From Christensenellales bacterium (GTDB taxonomy: Bacteria > Bacillota > Clostridia > Christensenellales > UMGS416): 64,000 nt of DNA. The notes below the pieces were generated by a model. It saw only the letters and a program-made list of their open reading frames with translations, was not told where the DNA came from and did no database searches. The position numbers and the translations under genes were made by a program. Shown here piece by piece: positions 35,249-43,520 of the stretch. How positions within the stretch are numbered: the stretch's first letter is position 1; each line of letters opens with the position of its first letter. The stretch covers positions 1,298,650 through 1,362,649 of the forward strand of contig JBMNEH010000001.1 of NCBI GenBank assembly GCA_050948665.1, given 5' to 3'.

Positions 35249-35858
35249 GATAACCGTTCCTCCTGACTCCCGGCCGCTCGCCGTGTTCAAACCTCGCCTG
35301 CCGCGCCAGCTTGAAAGCGCGCAGGGTTGCCGCATCGTCCCGGTAGTAGGTGTAGTTACCATCGTCACCGAACAGCTCGAACTGACCTTCTTTGTTTATG
35401 CCGGGATGCGCCACGAAGTAATCTCCGTCTATCGTTTCAAAGTTAAAGGGGTACGGCCCGTCCTTGATTCCAGGGAAGCCGCTATAGCCCAGGTCTTGAC
35501 AGAAATCTTCGATATCCGCCATGCAGTCGCCGTCAGGGATACCGGCGACGACGAGAATGGGATTCAAGACTTCACGGTTCTCATGGTCTTTGATGCCGCT
35601 GAACTGGAGTATCTTTTCTGCGTCTGTTTCCGTCATCTTCCCCTTGACCTCGACGTATAGGTCGGAAGAGCCTCTTCCGGCACAGCCGTGAAGCAGAAAA
35701 TCTGGCAGATAGAACTGTCCATTGGGAAGCGCAAAGCCCTCCGGCTCATATTCCCAGCTCACTTTGCAGGAGTCGAAGAAAACCGCCCACCGTGCCTCCA
35801 GCCTTGAGCGGAAGCGGTAACCCTTATACTCCGTTGGTATGGCTGTGATCTTGTTCAT
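35241..35858 (-). CDS. PD-(D/E)XK-type nuclease-like protein
   Basis: 205 aa from the ATG at 35858. YRFRSRLEARWAVFFD...YLPDFLL...LYVEVKG. Confidence 0.55.
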   Translation of the reverse strand: MNKITAIPTEYKGYRFRSRLEARWAVFFDSCKVSWEYEPEGFALPNGQFYLPDFLLHGCAGRGSSDLYVEVKGKMTETDAEKILQFSGIKDHENREVLNPILVVAGIPDGDCMADIEDFCQDLGYSGFPGIKDGPYPFNFETIDGDYFVAHPGINKEGQFELFGDDGNYTYYRDDAATLRAFKLARQARFEHGERPGVRRNGYHA

Positions 35859-36280
35859 TCCTGCACCTCCTCGCAGTTTTCTGTAAAGTAGCGCAGGCGG
35901 TAGTCCTTCCACTTCGCGCGTTTGATTTCAGCCTCCATGCCGGTTGAGATAGTACCGCCGAACACCCAGACCTCGGCGCACTTGCTCATGAGTGCGTTAC
36001 CGAAGAATAGTCCAAGCTGGCGCTCCTTCGGGTCGTTGTCGTTGAGGAACTGCGGAAACAGCAGGTGCGGTGCGATAGGTATGTAACCTTTGTCCACGGC
36101 AAATCTGCTGTAGAGCTGTGCTGCCGTGACATTCCCGTCCACATCTCCCGAAAAAGGAGAGCAGATATAAACGATAGGCCGAAAGGCCCGCAGTGCGCGT
36201 TCTTCCTGTTCAACCATTGTCATTGCCTCGTAAGCGGTAGGGTCGTAATAACCCTCGCTGTTAAACTTGCTGACGCTCAT
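35855..36280 (-). CDS. nucleoside 2-deoxyribosyltransferase-like / DUF4406-like protein
   Basis: 141 aa from the ATG at 36280. IVYICSPFSGD...IAPHLLFPQFL...EVWVFGGTISTGMEAEI. The family call is from memory. Confidence 0.4.
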   Translation of the reverse strand: MSVSKFNSEGYYDPTAYEAMTMVEQEERALRAFRPIVYICSPFSGDVDGNVTAAQLYSRFAVDKGYIPIAPHLLFPQFLNDNDPKERQLGLFFGNALMSKCAEVWVFGGTISTGMEAEIKRAKWKDYRLRYFTENCEEVQE

Positions 36281-36488
36281 GGCCGCACCTCTCATTTCTG
36301 ATCTTCCGGCTGCATTCATCGCAGTAGACTGCGGTGCCGTACAAGTCGCATTCGCCGTCGCTGAACAGCTCGGCAAGGTCAACGCTTATCTCGTCTCCGC
36401 AGCCGGGGCAGCGGGTGAACACATTCTCTTCGGTGATCTCGACTGAAACCTCCACCGCGTCACTAAGCGTTTCTTTCACAAAAAACAT
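36261..36488 (-). CDS. small zinc-ribbon protein
   Basis: 75 aa. CPGCGDE...CDLYGTAVYCDEC. First gene after 32-nt motif copy B. Confidence 0.5.
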   Translation of the reverse strand: MFFVKETLSDAVEVSVEITEENVFTRCPGCGDEISVDLAELFSDGECDLYGTAVYCDECSRKIRNERCGHERQQV

Positions 36489-36533
36489 AGTGGAAATATC
36501 CTCCTTCGTAATTCGGGCGTTGCGCCTCTCACT

Positions 36534-36565
36534 ACTCGCTGGACATGAGAAGCTCCCTTTGACGA
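36534..36565 (-). promoter_or_regulatory. conserved 32-nt upstream motif, copy B
   Basis: ACTCGCTGGACATGAGAAGCTCCCTTTGACGA. Lies 45 nt upstream of the start at 36488 and just downstream of the polA terminator. Confidence 0.55.
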
Positions 36566-36619
36566 AGAACCGCAGATTTTCTTAAATTCTTTGCTGAGGC
36601 AATCCACTCAAGGTTGAGC

Positions 36620-36660
36620 TGAAAAACAGCACTAAGCCCAAATCTGGACTCAGTGCTGTT
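36620..36660 (-). terminator. intrinsic terminator after the DNA polymerase gene
   Basis: Perfect 9-bp stem AACAGCACT (36625..36633) / AGTGCTGTT (36652..36660). The minus strand continues TTTC. Confidence 0.65.
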
Positions 36661-36663
36661 CAG

Positions 36664-38604
36664 TCATGCTTTCTTGTAAAAACCCGTTTCGTAGCCGTCG
36701 GCACACAGAATCAGCCCCTTCGCCCAATGTGGCACGCGTCCCATTTGCTCACAGATAGCGTCCAGCGATACCCGTTTATCACACTCGATAATGAGCTCAT
36801 CGTGGACATGGGCGACGATGGCGCAGCAGCGGAGCGTCTGCATGGCATACATGAGAATGTCCCTTGCGGTTGCCTGAACGATGTTTTCCACGAACTTCGG
36901 ACCGTAGGACTCAAGCCGTTCCCACTTTTTTGTGCCGCCGACTCCCTCGTAGGTCACGGACTCGCCGCCGAAGCGGTTCTCGCCTATGCGCGGCTTCACA
37001 TAAGCCAGCCGCCTGCCGCTGGGCAACGTTATGAACAGGAAGCCGCTCTGATAAGAGAAGCTGACACCATTTGTGGATGCAGTGGTTTTTTCTTTTACAG
37101 CGGTTTTTACGGCACGGTCGACGTCCCACCAAAACTTCACGATGCGAAGATTGGATTTCCGCCACGCGCCTACCAACGGTTGAAGTTCGTCCTCAGTCAG
37201 TCCCATCTCAAGTGCGTCCATTGCTTTGAGAGCACCAATCGAGCCGCCGTAACCAAGTGCTAATTCCGCGATCTTGCCTTTCTGCCGTAGATGACTGTTC
37301 ACGCCATGCTTTTCTACCGGGACTTTGAACATTGCCGATGCTGACGCGCAGTAAATGTCGCCGCCGTTCTTAAAGATCTCATTTCTCCAGTTCTCTCCGG
37401 CGAGCCACGCGATCACTCTTGCTTCTATGGCGCTGAAATCTGAAACGATAAACTTTGCCCCGGCTCTCGGCACGAATGCCGTCCGGATAAGCTGGGAGAG
37501 CGTGCCCGGGATATCCTCATACAGCATTTCAAGCGCGTCATAGTTATCGCTTGCCACCAAATTTCGCGCTTCGGCCAGATCGGGGATGTGGTTCTGCGGC
37601 AGGTTTTGAAGCTGAACCAGCCGACCGGCAAATCTGCCCGTTCGGTTGGCTCCATAAAACATAAACATCCCTCTGACGCGGCCATCCGCGCAGACTGCGT
37701 TCTCCATTGCGGTGTATTTCTTGACAGACGACTTCGCAAGCTGCTGACGAAGCTGCAGTACCTCGCCGAGGTCTCCGGGCGCGTCCTTTATCAATGCTGC
37801 CACAGCTTTTTTGCCGAGTGTGTCTGTTTCGAGCCCGTTTTCGGCAAGCCACGACTTCATCTGTTGTACAGAATTGGGATTGTCCAACTCGGTAATATCC
37901 CTCATTGCGGAAGAAAGGCGGGCACGTGACCGTTCTTCGAAAACAACGGCTTGTTTGACGAAAGGCATATCTACGCGGATGCCCCGGTCGTTGATCTCTT
38001 CGCTCAAGTGGTACTCATCCCAAACGCTGTCCGGCACCGGGAACTTGGCGAGCTTCTGCTGTATCTCCATTTCCACTTCCACGTCCCGCTTGTTATAGTC
38101 TTTGAAGGCAGTCCACTTATTCGGTGCGTCGGACGGCAGATTGCGCGTTCTCCCGCCGTTGGATTTGGTCGGAGCGCAGGGCTGACAAAAATACTTGATG
38201 AGGTCTTTGCCCTCGTCCATCTTCTGCTTATCCAAGCCGAGTACAGCTCCGACGCCCTTTAGCGACAACGGCAGCCCGAGATACGCCGACCATATCATGG
38301 AGCAGCGCCACGAGGACGGGTCGAGATAATCCCCGGTCGGGTATCCGAGAAAGCGGGAAATACAAATGCGTTCAAACGAAGCGTTAAAAGCGTATTTGAT
38401 AACGGAATCGTCCTCCAGCGCCGACAGCACCTCGACAGGCAGTTTTTCACCCCGCGCCAGATCAATTACGCAGACATATTCGCCGTCGATGCTGTATCCG
38501 AAGAGGATGATCTTGAAATCATCAGCCTCCACATATTTGTACACGCCGCACTTTGATAGGTCGACGCTGCTGTGTGTTTCGATATCGATTTCTAAAGTTT
38601 TCAT
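36664..38604 (-). CDS. family A DNA polymerase with 3'-5' exonuclease domain
   Basis: 646 aa from the ATG at 38604. Exo I EIDIETHS. Motif A DFSAIEARVIAW. Motif B RQKGKIAELALGYGGS. Motif C VAHVHDELIIE. Confidence 0.9.
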   Translation of the reverse strand: MKTLEIDIETHSSVDLSKCGVYKYVEADDFKIILFGYSIDGEYVCVIDLARGEKLPVEVLSALEDDSVIKYAFNASFERICISRFLGYPTGDYLDPSSWRCSMIWSAYLGLPLSLKGVGAVLGLDKQKMDEGKDLIKYFCQPCAPTKSNGGRTRNLPSDAPNKWTAFKDYNKRDVEVEMEIQQKLAKFPVPDSVWDEYHLSEEINDRGIRVDMPFVKQAVVFEERSRARLSSAMRDITELDNPNSVQQMKSWLAENGLETDTLGKKAVAALIKDAPGDLGEVLQLRQQLAKSSVKKYTAMENAVCADGRVRGMFMFYGANRTGRFAGRLVQLQNLPQNHIPDLAEARNLVASDNYDALEMLYEDIPGTLSQLIRTAFVPRAGAKFIVSDFSAIEARVIAWLAGENWRNEIFKNGGDIYCASASAMFKVPVEKHGVNSHLRQKGKIAELALGYGGSIGALKAMDALEMGLTEDELQPLVGAWRKSNLRIVKFWWDVDRAVKTAVKEKTTASTNGVSFSYQSGFLFITLPSGRRLAYVKPRIGENRFGGESVTYEGVGGTKKWERLESYGPKFVENIVQATARDILMYAMQTLRCCAIVAHVHDELIIECDKRVSLDAICEQMGRVPHWAKGLILCADGYETGFYKKA

Positions 38605-38671
38605 TATGCTTACCCCCAAAAGGAAAGCGGCGGAGAGAATTCCCTCCGCCACCGTCCGTGATGATGTGGTT

Positions 38672-39247
38672 TTAGGCGAGGAAATCCTCATCGTCCTCGG
38701 TCGCAAAATCGGACTCCGCAGAGACCTTGCTGCCAAGAGGCTCACCGTCACGAATCTTCTGCAGGTTGTTGAGTCCACAGGCGATGCCCCTATTGCCATT
38801 GGAGTTGAAAGCATAGAAACTGATGCTTGCTCTGCCGTACACGCCGGAGTAGACCTCGGAGCGGGTCAGAATGGGATTACGATCTGCGTCCACGATGCCG
38901 GGAGCGGTCGTCGCATTGGCGTTGATGAAGTAAGCGTCCGCGTAAGCTTCGTCATCCGGGCGCTCTGCATCGCCGTCGCGGAGCGGAGTCTTGAGTGCCG
39001 CCAGCGGAGGCACAGTCTTACCATTGCCCTTCAGCTTGGATTCGCCCTCGTGGTAAGCCGCCTCAATAGCAGCCTTGATCTTTACGACGGTCTTGGCGTC
39101 GGACTTGGGAACGATGAGTGAAACAGAGAACTTCGGCGTGCCACCGTTGATGCTCTTAGCCTCCCAGACGTTTGCATAGCTCCAACGGGTATCGGGGCCG
39201 GTGATAACTTTCATCGGGTTGTTGGCTTTATTAGTGTTTTTATTCAT
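38672..39247 (-). CDS. DUF2815-like (ssDNA-binding-like) replication protein
   Basis: 191 aa from the ATG at 39247. KVITGPDTRWSYANVWEAK matches my memory of DUF2815. Conserved partner of DUF2800 and PolA modules. Confidence 0.6.
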   Translation of the reverse strand: MNKNTNKANNPMKVITGPDTRWSYANVWEAKSINGGTPKFSVSLIVPKSDAKTVVKIKAAIEAAYHEGESKLKGNGKTVPPLAALKTPLRDGDAERPDDEAYADAYFINANATTAPGIVDADRNPILTRSEVYSGVYGRASISFYAFNSNGNRGIACGLNNLQKIRDGEPLGSKVSAESDFATEDDEDFLA

Positions 39248-40379
39248 AATTGTTTTCCTCCATAAAATCATTTTTGGCTGTGTTCATCACCGGACGCTTA
39301 TCGCTCTCCGGCACGAGCGTGGGTTTGCCCTGCGGCTTTTCAATGTAGGCCGCGAGGAGTTCGTCAAAGCGGGATTTGCCGAGCAGCTTCTGCATGGCTG
39401 TGACGCCCAGCACCTTGTGCTCATAGGGGTCAAAACCAGCGTTGGTGACTGCACCTGCGGCCGCTGTTTCGTTTGTGTACCTGCGGTTGGAGCGACCTTC
39501 GACCAGCTTCCAGCCATGCCACTCCTTACCGCTGGTCGCTTGTTGGAGCGCATATTCTTTGATGTCCGCTGCCCATGAGACAAGGCCGTCGACGCGGGCA
39601 AGGATGTCCTCGACTTCTTCGTCCGTCAGCAGTGGCGGCAGTTTGAAGTCGTAACGGGCAAGCTCCATGTTGGCATCGGCTCTGGCGCGACAGTCGTGCT
39701 TCGCTTTGCAGAAGCCGCACCACTCGCCGCAGAGGAAATTGCCGTCACCGGCGAAAGCGAGGTCAGCGGTAGGCCCCAGCACCTCGTCTGCCCAGCGGTA
39801 CAGTTCGTCCTTAGAGAGCTCGTAGGTGCTGATGTTATCCCGGCGGGGCTGATAGATGGTCATGCGTACCGAGTCGATATCGTAGATGTCGTCAAACAGC
39901 TCCAGTGCGCCGAGTCCATAGCACTGCATTTGCGGATTTTCCATGGCGCTCACCAGAACGCCCAGACCGTGCTTGTAGTCGATGATCTGCAAAGTGCCAT
40001 CCGCGATGATGATGCAGTCGGCGGTGCCGAAGCCACCCTCTACCCAGCGGGAAAAGTCCACGCGCTGTTCAATGAGAACAACAGGATCGGCGCAGGTTTG
40101 CTTTGCCGCTTCCACCTGTTCGAGTACATAGGTAGCGTAGCCGGTGGCGCAATCGCTCATTTCTTCGTTGAACCACGTGAGGTTCTCAGTCGGGTCGGTC
40201 GCTTCCATACCCAGCGCCTGACGAAGCCTGTACTCACAAAGCGCATGGGCGTCGGTGCCTTCGGCGGCGTAGTCGCTGCCCTTATCGTCGTAGCTCTCGC
40301 AGAGCCGCGCGGACGGCGGGCAATGCAGCCAGCGGTCGGAGCTGGATGCGGAGAGAAGCGCGTGTCCTTTAGGTGACAT
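39240..40379 (-). CDS. DUF2800-like PD-(D/E)XK nuclease (Cas4-like Cys cluster)
   Basis: 379 aa. LSASSSDRWLHCPPS N-terminus and C-terminal CGEWCGFCKAKHDC cysteine cluster. Confidence 0.65.
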   Translation of the reverse strand: MSPKGHALLSASSSDRWLHCPPSARLCESYDDKGSDYAAEGTDAHALCEYRLRQALGMEATDPTENLTWFNEEMSDCATGYATYVLEQVEAAKQTCADPVVLIEQRVDFSRWVEGGFGTADCIIIADGTLQIIDYKHGLGVLVSAMENPQMQCYGLGALELFDDIYDIDSVRMTIYQPRRDNISTYELSKDELYRWADEVLGPTADLAFAGDGNFLCGEWCGFCKAKHDCRARADANMELARYDFKLPPLLTDEEVEDILARVDGLVSWAADIKEYALQQATSGKEWHGWKLVEGRSNRRYTNETAAAGAVTNAGFDPYEHKVLGVTAMQKLLGKSRFDELLAAYIEKPQGKPTLVPESDKRPVMNTAKNDFMEENNYE

Positions 40380-40680
40380 CGGTCAGTCCCTCCACATCTG
40401 CAAGCAGCGCCTTGTAGTTTGCCGGGTCAACACCCGACAGCTTGTCGGCACCGTACTTTTGGAGCAGGGAGCGAATCTGAGCGGTGAAGCCCGCACGAGA
40501 CTTGTCCGCAAGAACGGCTCTGACTGCCTCCAGCGTCAACACCGGCTCGGCAAGCACGGTTTCCGGCTCCGGCTCGTTGCCACTAAATTGCTTCGCCAGC
40601 CAATTAGCTGCGTCGCTGATAGCAGCCGCACACTTGCGCAGCTCTGCGATGGTCGCGGACATCTCGCTCATTTTGCTCAT
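40369..40680 (-). CDS. hypothetical early protein
   Basis: 103 aa. AAGGAG SD. Confidence 0.5.
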   Translation of the reverse strand: MSKMSEMSATIAELRKCAAAISDAANWLAKQFSGNEPEPETVLAEPVLTLEAVRAVLADKSRAGFTAQIRSLLQKYGADKLSGVDPANYKALLADVEGLTDVT

Positions 40681-40831
40681 CTGTTTTTTCTCCTTCAGTG
40701 GACTTGCTCTGTCCGGCCAGCAAGCTCAGTTTCCTTGCCAGCCGCTTGGATACAACGCTGATTGCGGTGAGAACTTCAACGAGTTCCTCGTCCGCAGAAC
40801 AGCCCTTGGGTTTTACCTGTGTCTGATACAC
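40604..40831 (-). CDS. hypothetical first gene of the early leftward operon
   Basis: 75 aa. GTG start after GGAGGTG. The 3' 77 nt overlap the next gene in another frame, so the true end is uncertain. Confidence 0.35.
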   Translation of the reverse strand: MYQTQVKPKGCSADEELVEVLTAISVVSKRLARKLSLLAGQSKSTEGEKTDEQNERDVRDHRRAAQVCGCYQRRS

Positions 40832-40875
40832 TTCTTCACCTCCAGCCTGAAAGCGTTTTTTCGTTTGCTTTCATA

Positions 40876-40907
40876 ACTCGCTGGACATGAGAGAGGCGTT
40901 TTGACGA
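40876..40907 (-). promoter_or_regulatory. conserved 32-nt upstream motif, copy C
   Basis: ACTCGCTGGACATGAGAGAGGCGTTTTGACGA. Lies 44 nt upstream of the start at 40831. Confidence 0.55.
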
Positions 40908-41022
40908 AGGAATTGAAAGGGCTTCGAAGAAAAATCTTGGATTGTGTTTGTCTTTAAGTGGATTTATGACTTTTTACAATCAATTTCATCCTAATTCATT
41001 GTTTTTCGCGCGTTTTTGAGTT

Positions 41023-41328
41023 ATGATATTTTATGAAAAAGTTTATATGACACTCACGCAGAAAGAAAAGGCCGCAGGAGTAAGACCCTGCGACACTGCG
41101 AAACAGAATATGGAGGTCAATAGCGTGAGCGAGAGTAGCATTGAAAAATGGTCCACCCTCAAGGAAGTGCAAGAGTATCTTGGTGTTGGGCGAGAAACCA
41201 TTCTGCAATGGATTGCAAAAAGAAATATGCCCGCCTACAAGGTAGGCAGGTTATGGAAGTTTAAACTGTCCGAGGTCGATGAATGGATTCGTTCCGGCGG
41301 CGCGGCTGAATCAATCGATGCGGAGTAA
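41023..41328 (+). CDS. excisionase-family (MerR-like) HTH DNA-binding protein
   Basis: WSTLKEVQEYLGVGRETILQWIAKRNMPAYKVGRLWKFKLSEVDEWI. The true start is uncertain (ATGs at 41023, 41047, 41110, none with a good SD). Confidence 0.65.
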   Translation: MIFYEKVYMTLTQKEKAAGVRPCDTAKQNMEVNSVSESSIEKWSTLKEVQEYLGVGRETILQWIAKRNMPAYKVGRLWKFKLSEVDEWIRSGGAAESIDAE

Positions 41329-41412
41329 ATCCGTTTTATTGGACACGTTTTCATTTAGAATTAACGTGTGGCAGTGTAGCTACAGTAACAACCTATAGAT
41401 AGGAGAAAATAT

Positions 41413-43515
41413 ATGGCTGCATTAACCGACTTGATCAATCAGGTGGAGGACAAGACCCTGCGGGAGCGCCTGCTGCGAGAAGCCGATCGCCTAACAAAGC
41501 AAAAGAAATTCGGGCTTGTTTTTGAGGAGCACATTCCAGAGTGTACCCCTCTTTATGGAATTCCCATAAAACGAGGAAATGTCGTTGCAAAGAAGGCTGG
41601 AGTAATTAGTGATACATATCGCGTAACCAGAATTAACGGCGAAAAGGCTCTATGTCTGCATCTTGCCTCTGGCGAAAGCGAGACTGTTATGCTTTCTGAC
41701 CTCGTGCCGGTAGCGAATTTTGGCGAACCTATTTATCCTACCCTGCAGCCGATAGATAAAGTAGAAAACGCGCCGGACAGCGACCTGTGGCATGCACTCA
41801 TTGAAGCGGACAACTATCATGCGCTTCAGCTATTAGAGTACCTGTATCCCAAACAGGTGGATTGTATCTATATTGATCCGCCCTATAACACGGGGGCCCG
41901 CGACTGGAAGTACAACAACGACTACGTTGATTCTTCGGATTCGTGGAGGCACAGCAAATGGCTCTCCATGATGCAAAAGCGGCTGAAAATCGCCAAGCGG
42001 GTACTGAATCCGAATAATTCGGTATTGATTGTCACTATCGATGAAAAGGAGTATTTGCATCTTGGCTGCTTGCTGGAGGAGATGTTCCCAGAAGCACGAA
42101 TCCAAATGATTACGAGCGTCATCAGCCCAAGAGGCGCTATGAGAAAGGACTTGTTTACAAGAGTCGAGGAGTATATCTTTTTTGTTTTTATTGGTAGTTC
42201 TTGTGTAACCCCATTTGGGCCAGATATGCTTCAGTTTACAAAATATGAGAATGTGGATATTAAGGTATGGGCGCAAATGATACGCACTAGTTCAAATGGA
42301 CCACGCGAAAAACGCCCGAACCTGTTCTATCCCGTATTCTTCAACAGTAAAAACGGAAGATATGTTGCAGTTGGTGACCCGCTACCCATTGGCATGGATC
42401 GTCACAGCATTGTTGTGCCTGATGGATGTTTCGCAGTTTTTCCTGTGAGACGCGATGGAATGGAAGTTAGCTGGGCATTGCAAACGGAGACGTTCAAATC
42501 AAAAATAGAAAAAGGATATATAAAATTCGGTAAATGGAATCCCGGCGATACCAATCGCGCTATGGCACATCTCCAAAAAGGAACCATGAGCAGAATCGAA
42601 AGTGGTGAAATAGAGACTTTTGGAAAAGACGATGAGGGAACAATCATCCTCGGTAGCACTTCAAAAGGAAAACGCCCATCAAGTGTTTGGAATATGCAAT
42701 CTCATGATGCGGGGAGTAAGGGAAAAAACATTCTGACATCTATGTTGCCGTATACCGATTTTTCCTATCCTAAATCGGTATATGCTGTTCTTGACTCACT
42801 TAGATTCATAGTCAGGGAGAACCCCAACGCTCTTATCGTAGACTTCTTCGCTGGTTCCGGCACCACGCTTCATGCCGTCAATCTTTTGAACGCTGAGGAC
42901 GGCGGCCATCGCCGTTGCATCATGGTGACGAATAACGAGGTGTCCGCTGACGAAGCAAAGTCTCTGACTAAGCAAGGTTTCCAGCCCGGAGATCCGGAAT
43001 GGGAGAAGCTCGGCATTGCCCGTTATGTCACATGGCCGCGCACTCTTTGCAGCATCGAAGGTCACGATATAAACCGCGTGCCGCTCAAGGGAGATTACCT
43101 TGCCAACGATGCAGATGGAAATCCAATTCCGATGTCACAGGGATTTACTGCAAACTGCGAATACTTCAAATTGGGCTTTCTCGACAAAGACGATGTCGCA
43201 TTGGGCAGGCAGTTTAAAGGAATTTTACCATTGCTGTGGCTAAAGGCTGGTGCTATCGGCAAACGTCCGGAACTCCACGGTGAAACGCCGGATATGTTGA
43301 TACTTCCGGAAAACAAGTTCGCAATTCTGGTAAGCGAAAGCAGCTTCATGGCATTTGACGAACGGCTTGATGCGCATCCGGAAATCGATACGGTGTTCAT
43401 TGTAACGGACTCAGAGAAGGCATACCGAGAAATGATTGCCGGTCTCAAAGCGGAAAATACTTTTCAGCTCTACCGTGATTATCTGGACAATTTCCGTATC
43501 AATGCGAGGAGGTAA
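41413..43515 (+). CDS. mod: Type III-like DNA methyltransferase (Mod)
   Basis: 700 aa. KKFGLVFEEHIPE, LIEADNYHALQLLEYLYPKQVDCIYIDPPYNTGARDWKYNNDY (motif IV) and DFFAGSGTTLHA (motif I). Confidence 0.8.
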   Translation: MAALTDLINQVEDKTLRERLLREADRLTKQKKFGLVFEEHIPECTPLYGIPIKRGNVVAKKAGVISDTYRVTRINGEKALCLHLASGESETVMLSDLVPVANFGEPIYPTLQPIDKVENAPDSDLWHALIEADNYHALQLLEYLYPKQVDCIYIDPPYNTGARDWKYNNDYVDSSDSWRHSKWLSMMQKRLKIAKRVLNPNNSVLIVTIDEKEYLHLGCLLEEMFPEARIQMITSVISPRGAMRKDLFTRVEEYIFFVFIGSSCVTPFGPDMLQFTKYENVDIKVWAQMIRTSSNGPREKRPNLFYPVFFNSKNGRYVAVGDPLPIGMDRHSIVVPDGCFAVFPVRRDGMEVSWALQTETFKSKIEKGYIKFGKWNPGDTNRAMAHLQKGTMSRIESGEIETFGKDDEGTIILGSTSKGKRPSSVWNMQSHDAGSKGKNILTSMLPYTDFSYPKSVYAVLDSLRFIVRENPNALIVDFFAGSGTTLHAVNLLNAEDGGHRRCIMVTNNEVSADEAKSLTKQGFQPGDPEWEKLGIARYVTWPRTLCSIEGHDINRVPLKGDYLANDADGNPIPMSQGFTANCEYFKLGFLDKDDVALGRQFKGILPLLWLKAGAIGKRPELHGETPDMLILPENKFAILVSESSFMAFDERLDAHPEIDTVFIVTDSEKAYREMIAGLKAENTFQLYRDYLDNFRINARR

Positions 43516-43520
43516 GGAAG

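Larger units (their letters stand above)
2700..40920. mobile_element. siphovirus-type temperate prophage, about 38 kb (boundaries approximate)
   Basis: Contiguous lysogeny, lysis, tail, head, packaging and replication modules. Spot GC counts of single 60-nt lines: about 60% inside (13621..13680) versus 40-45% outside (1021..1080, 41521..41580, 61021..61080). att sites were not identified. Confidence 0.8.

Noticed and set aside
39696-40376. 226-aa plus-strand ORF
   Set aside because: It is antisense to the DUF2800-like nuclease gene.
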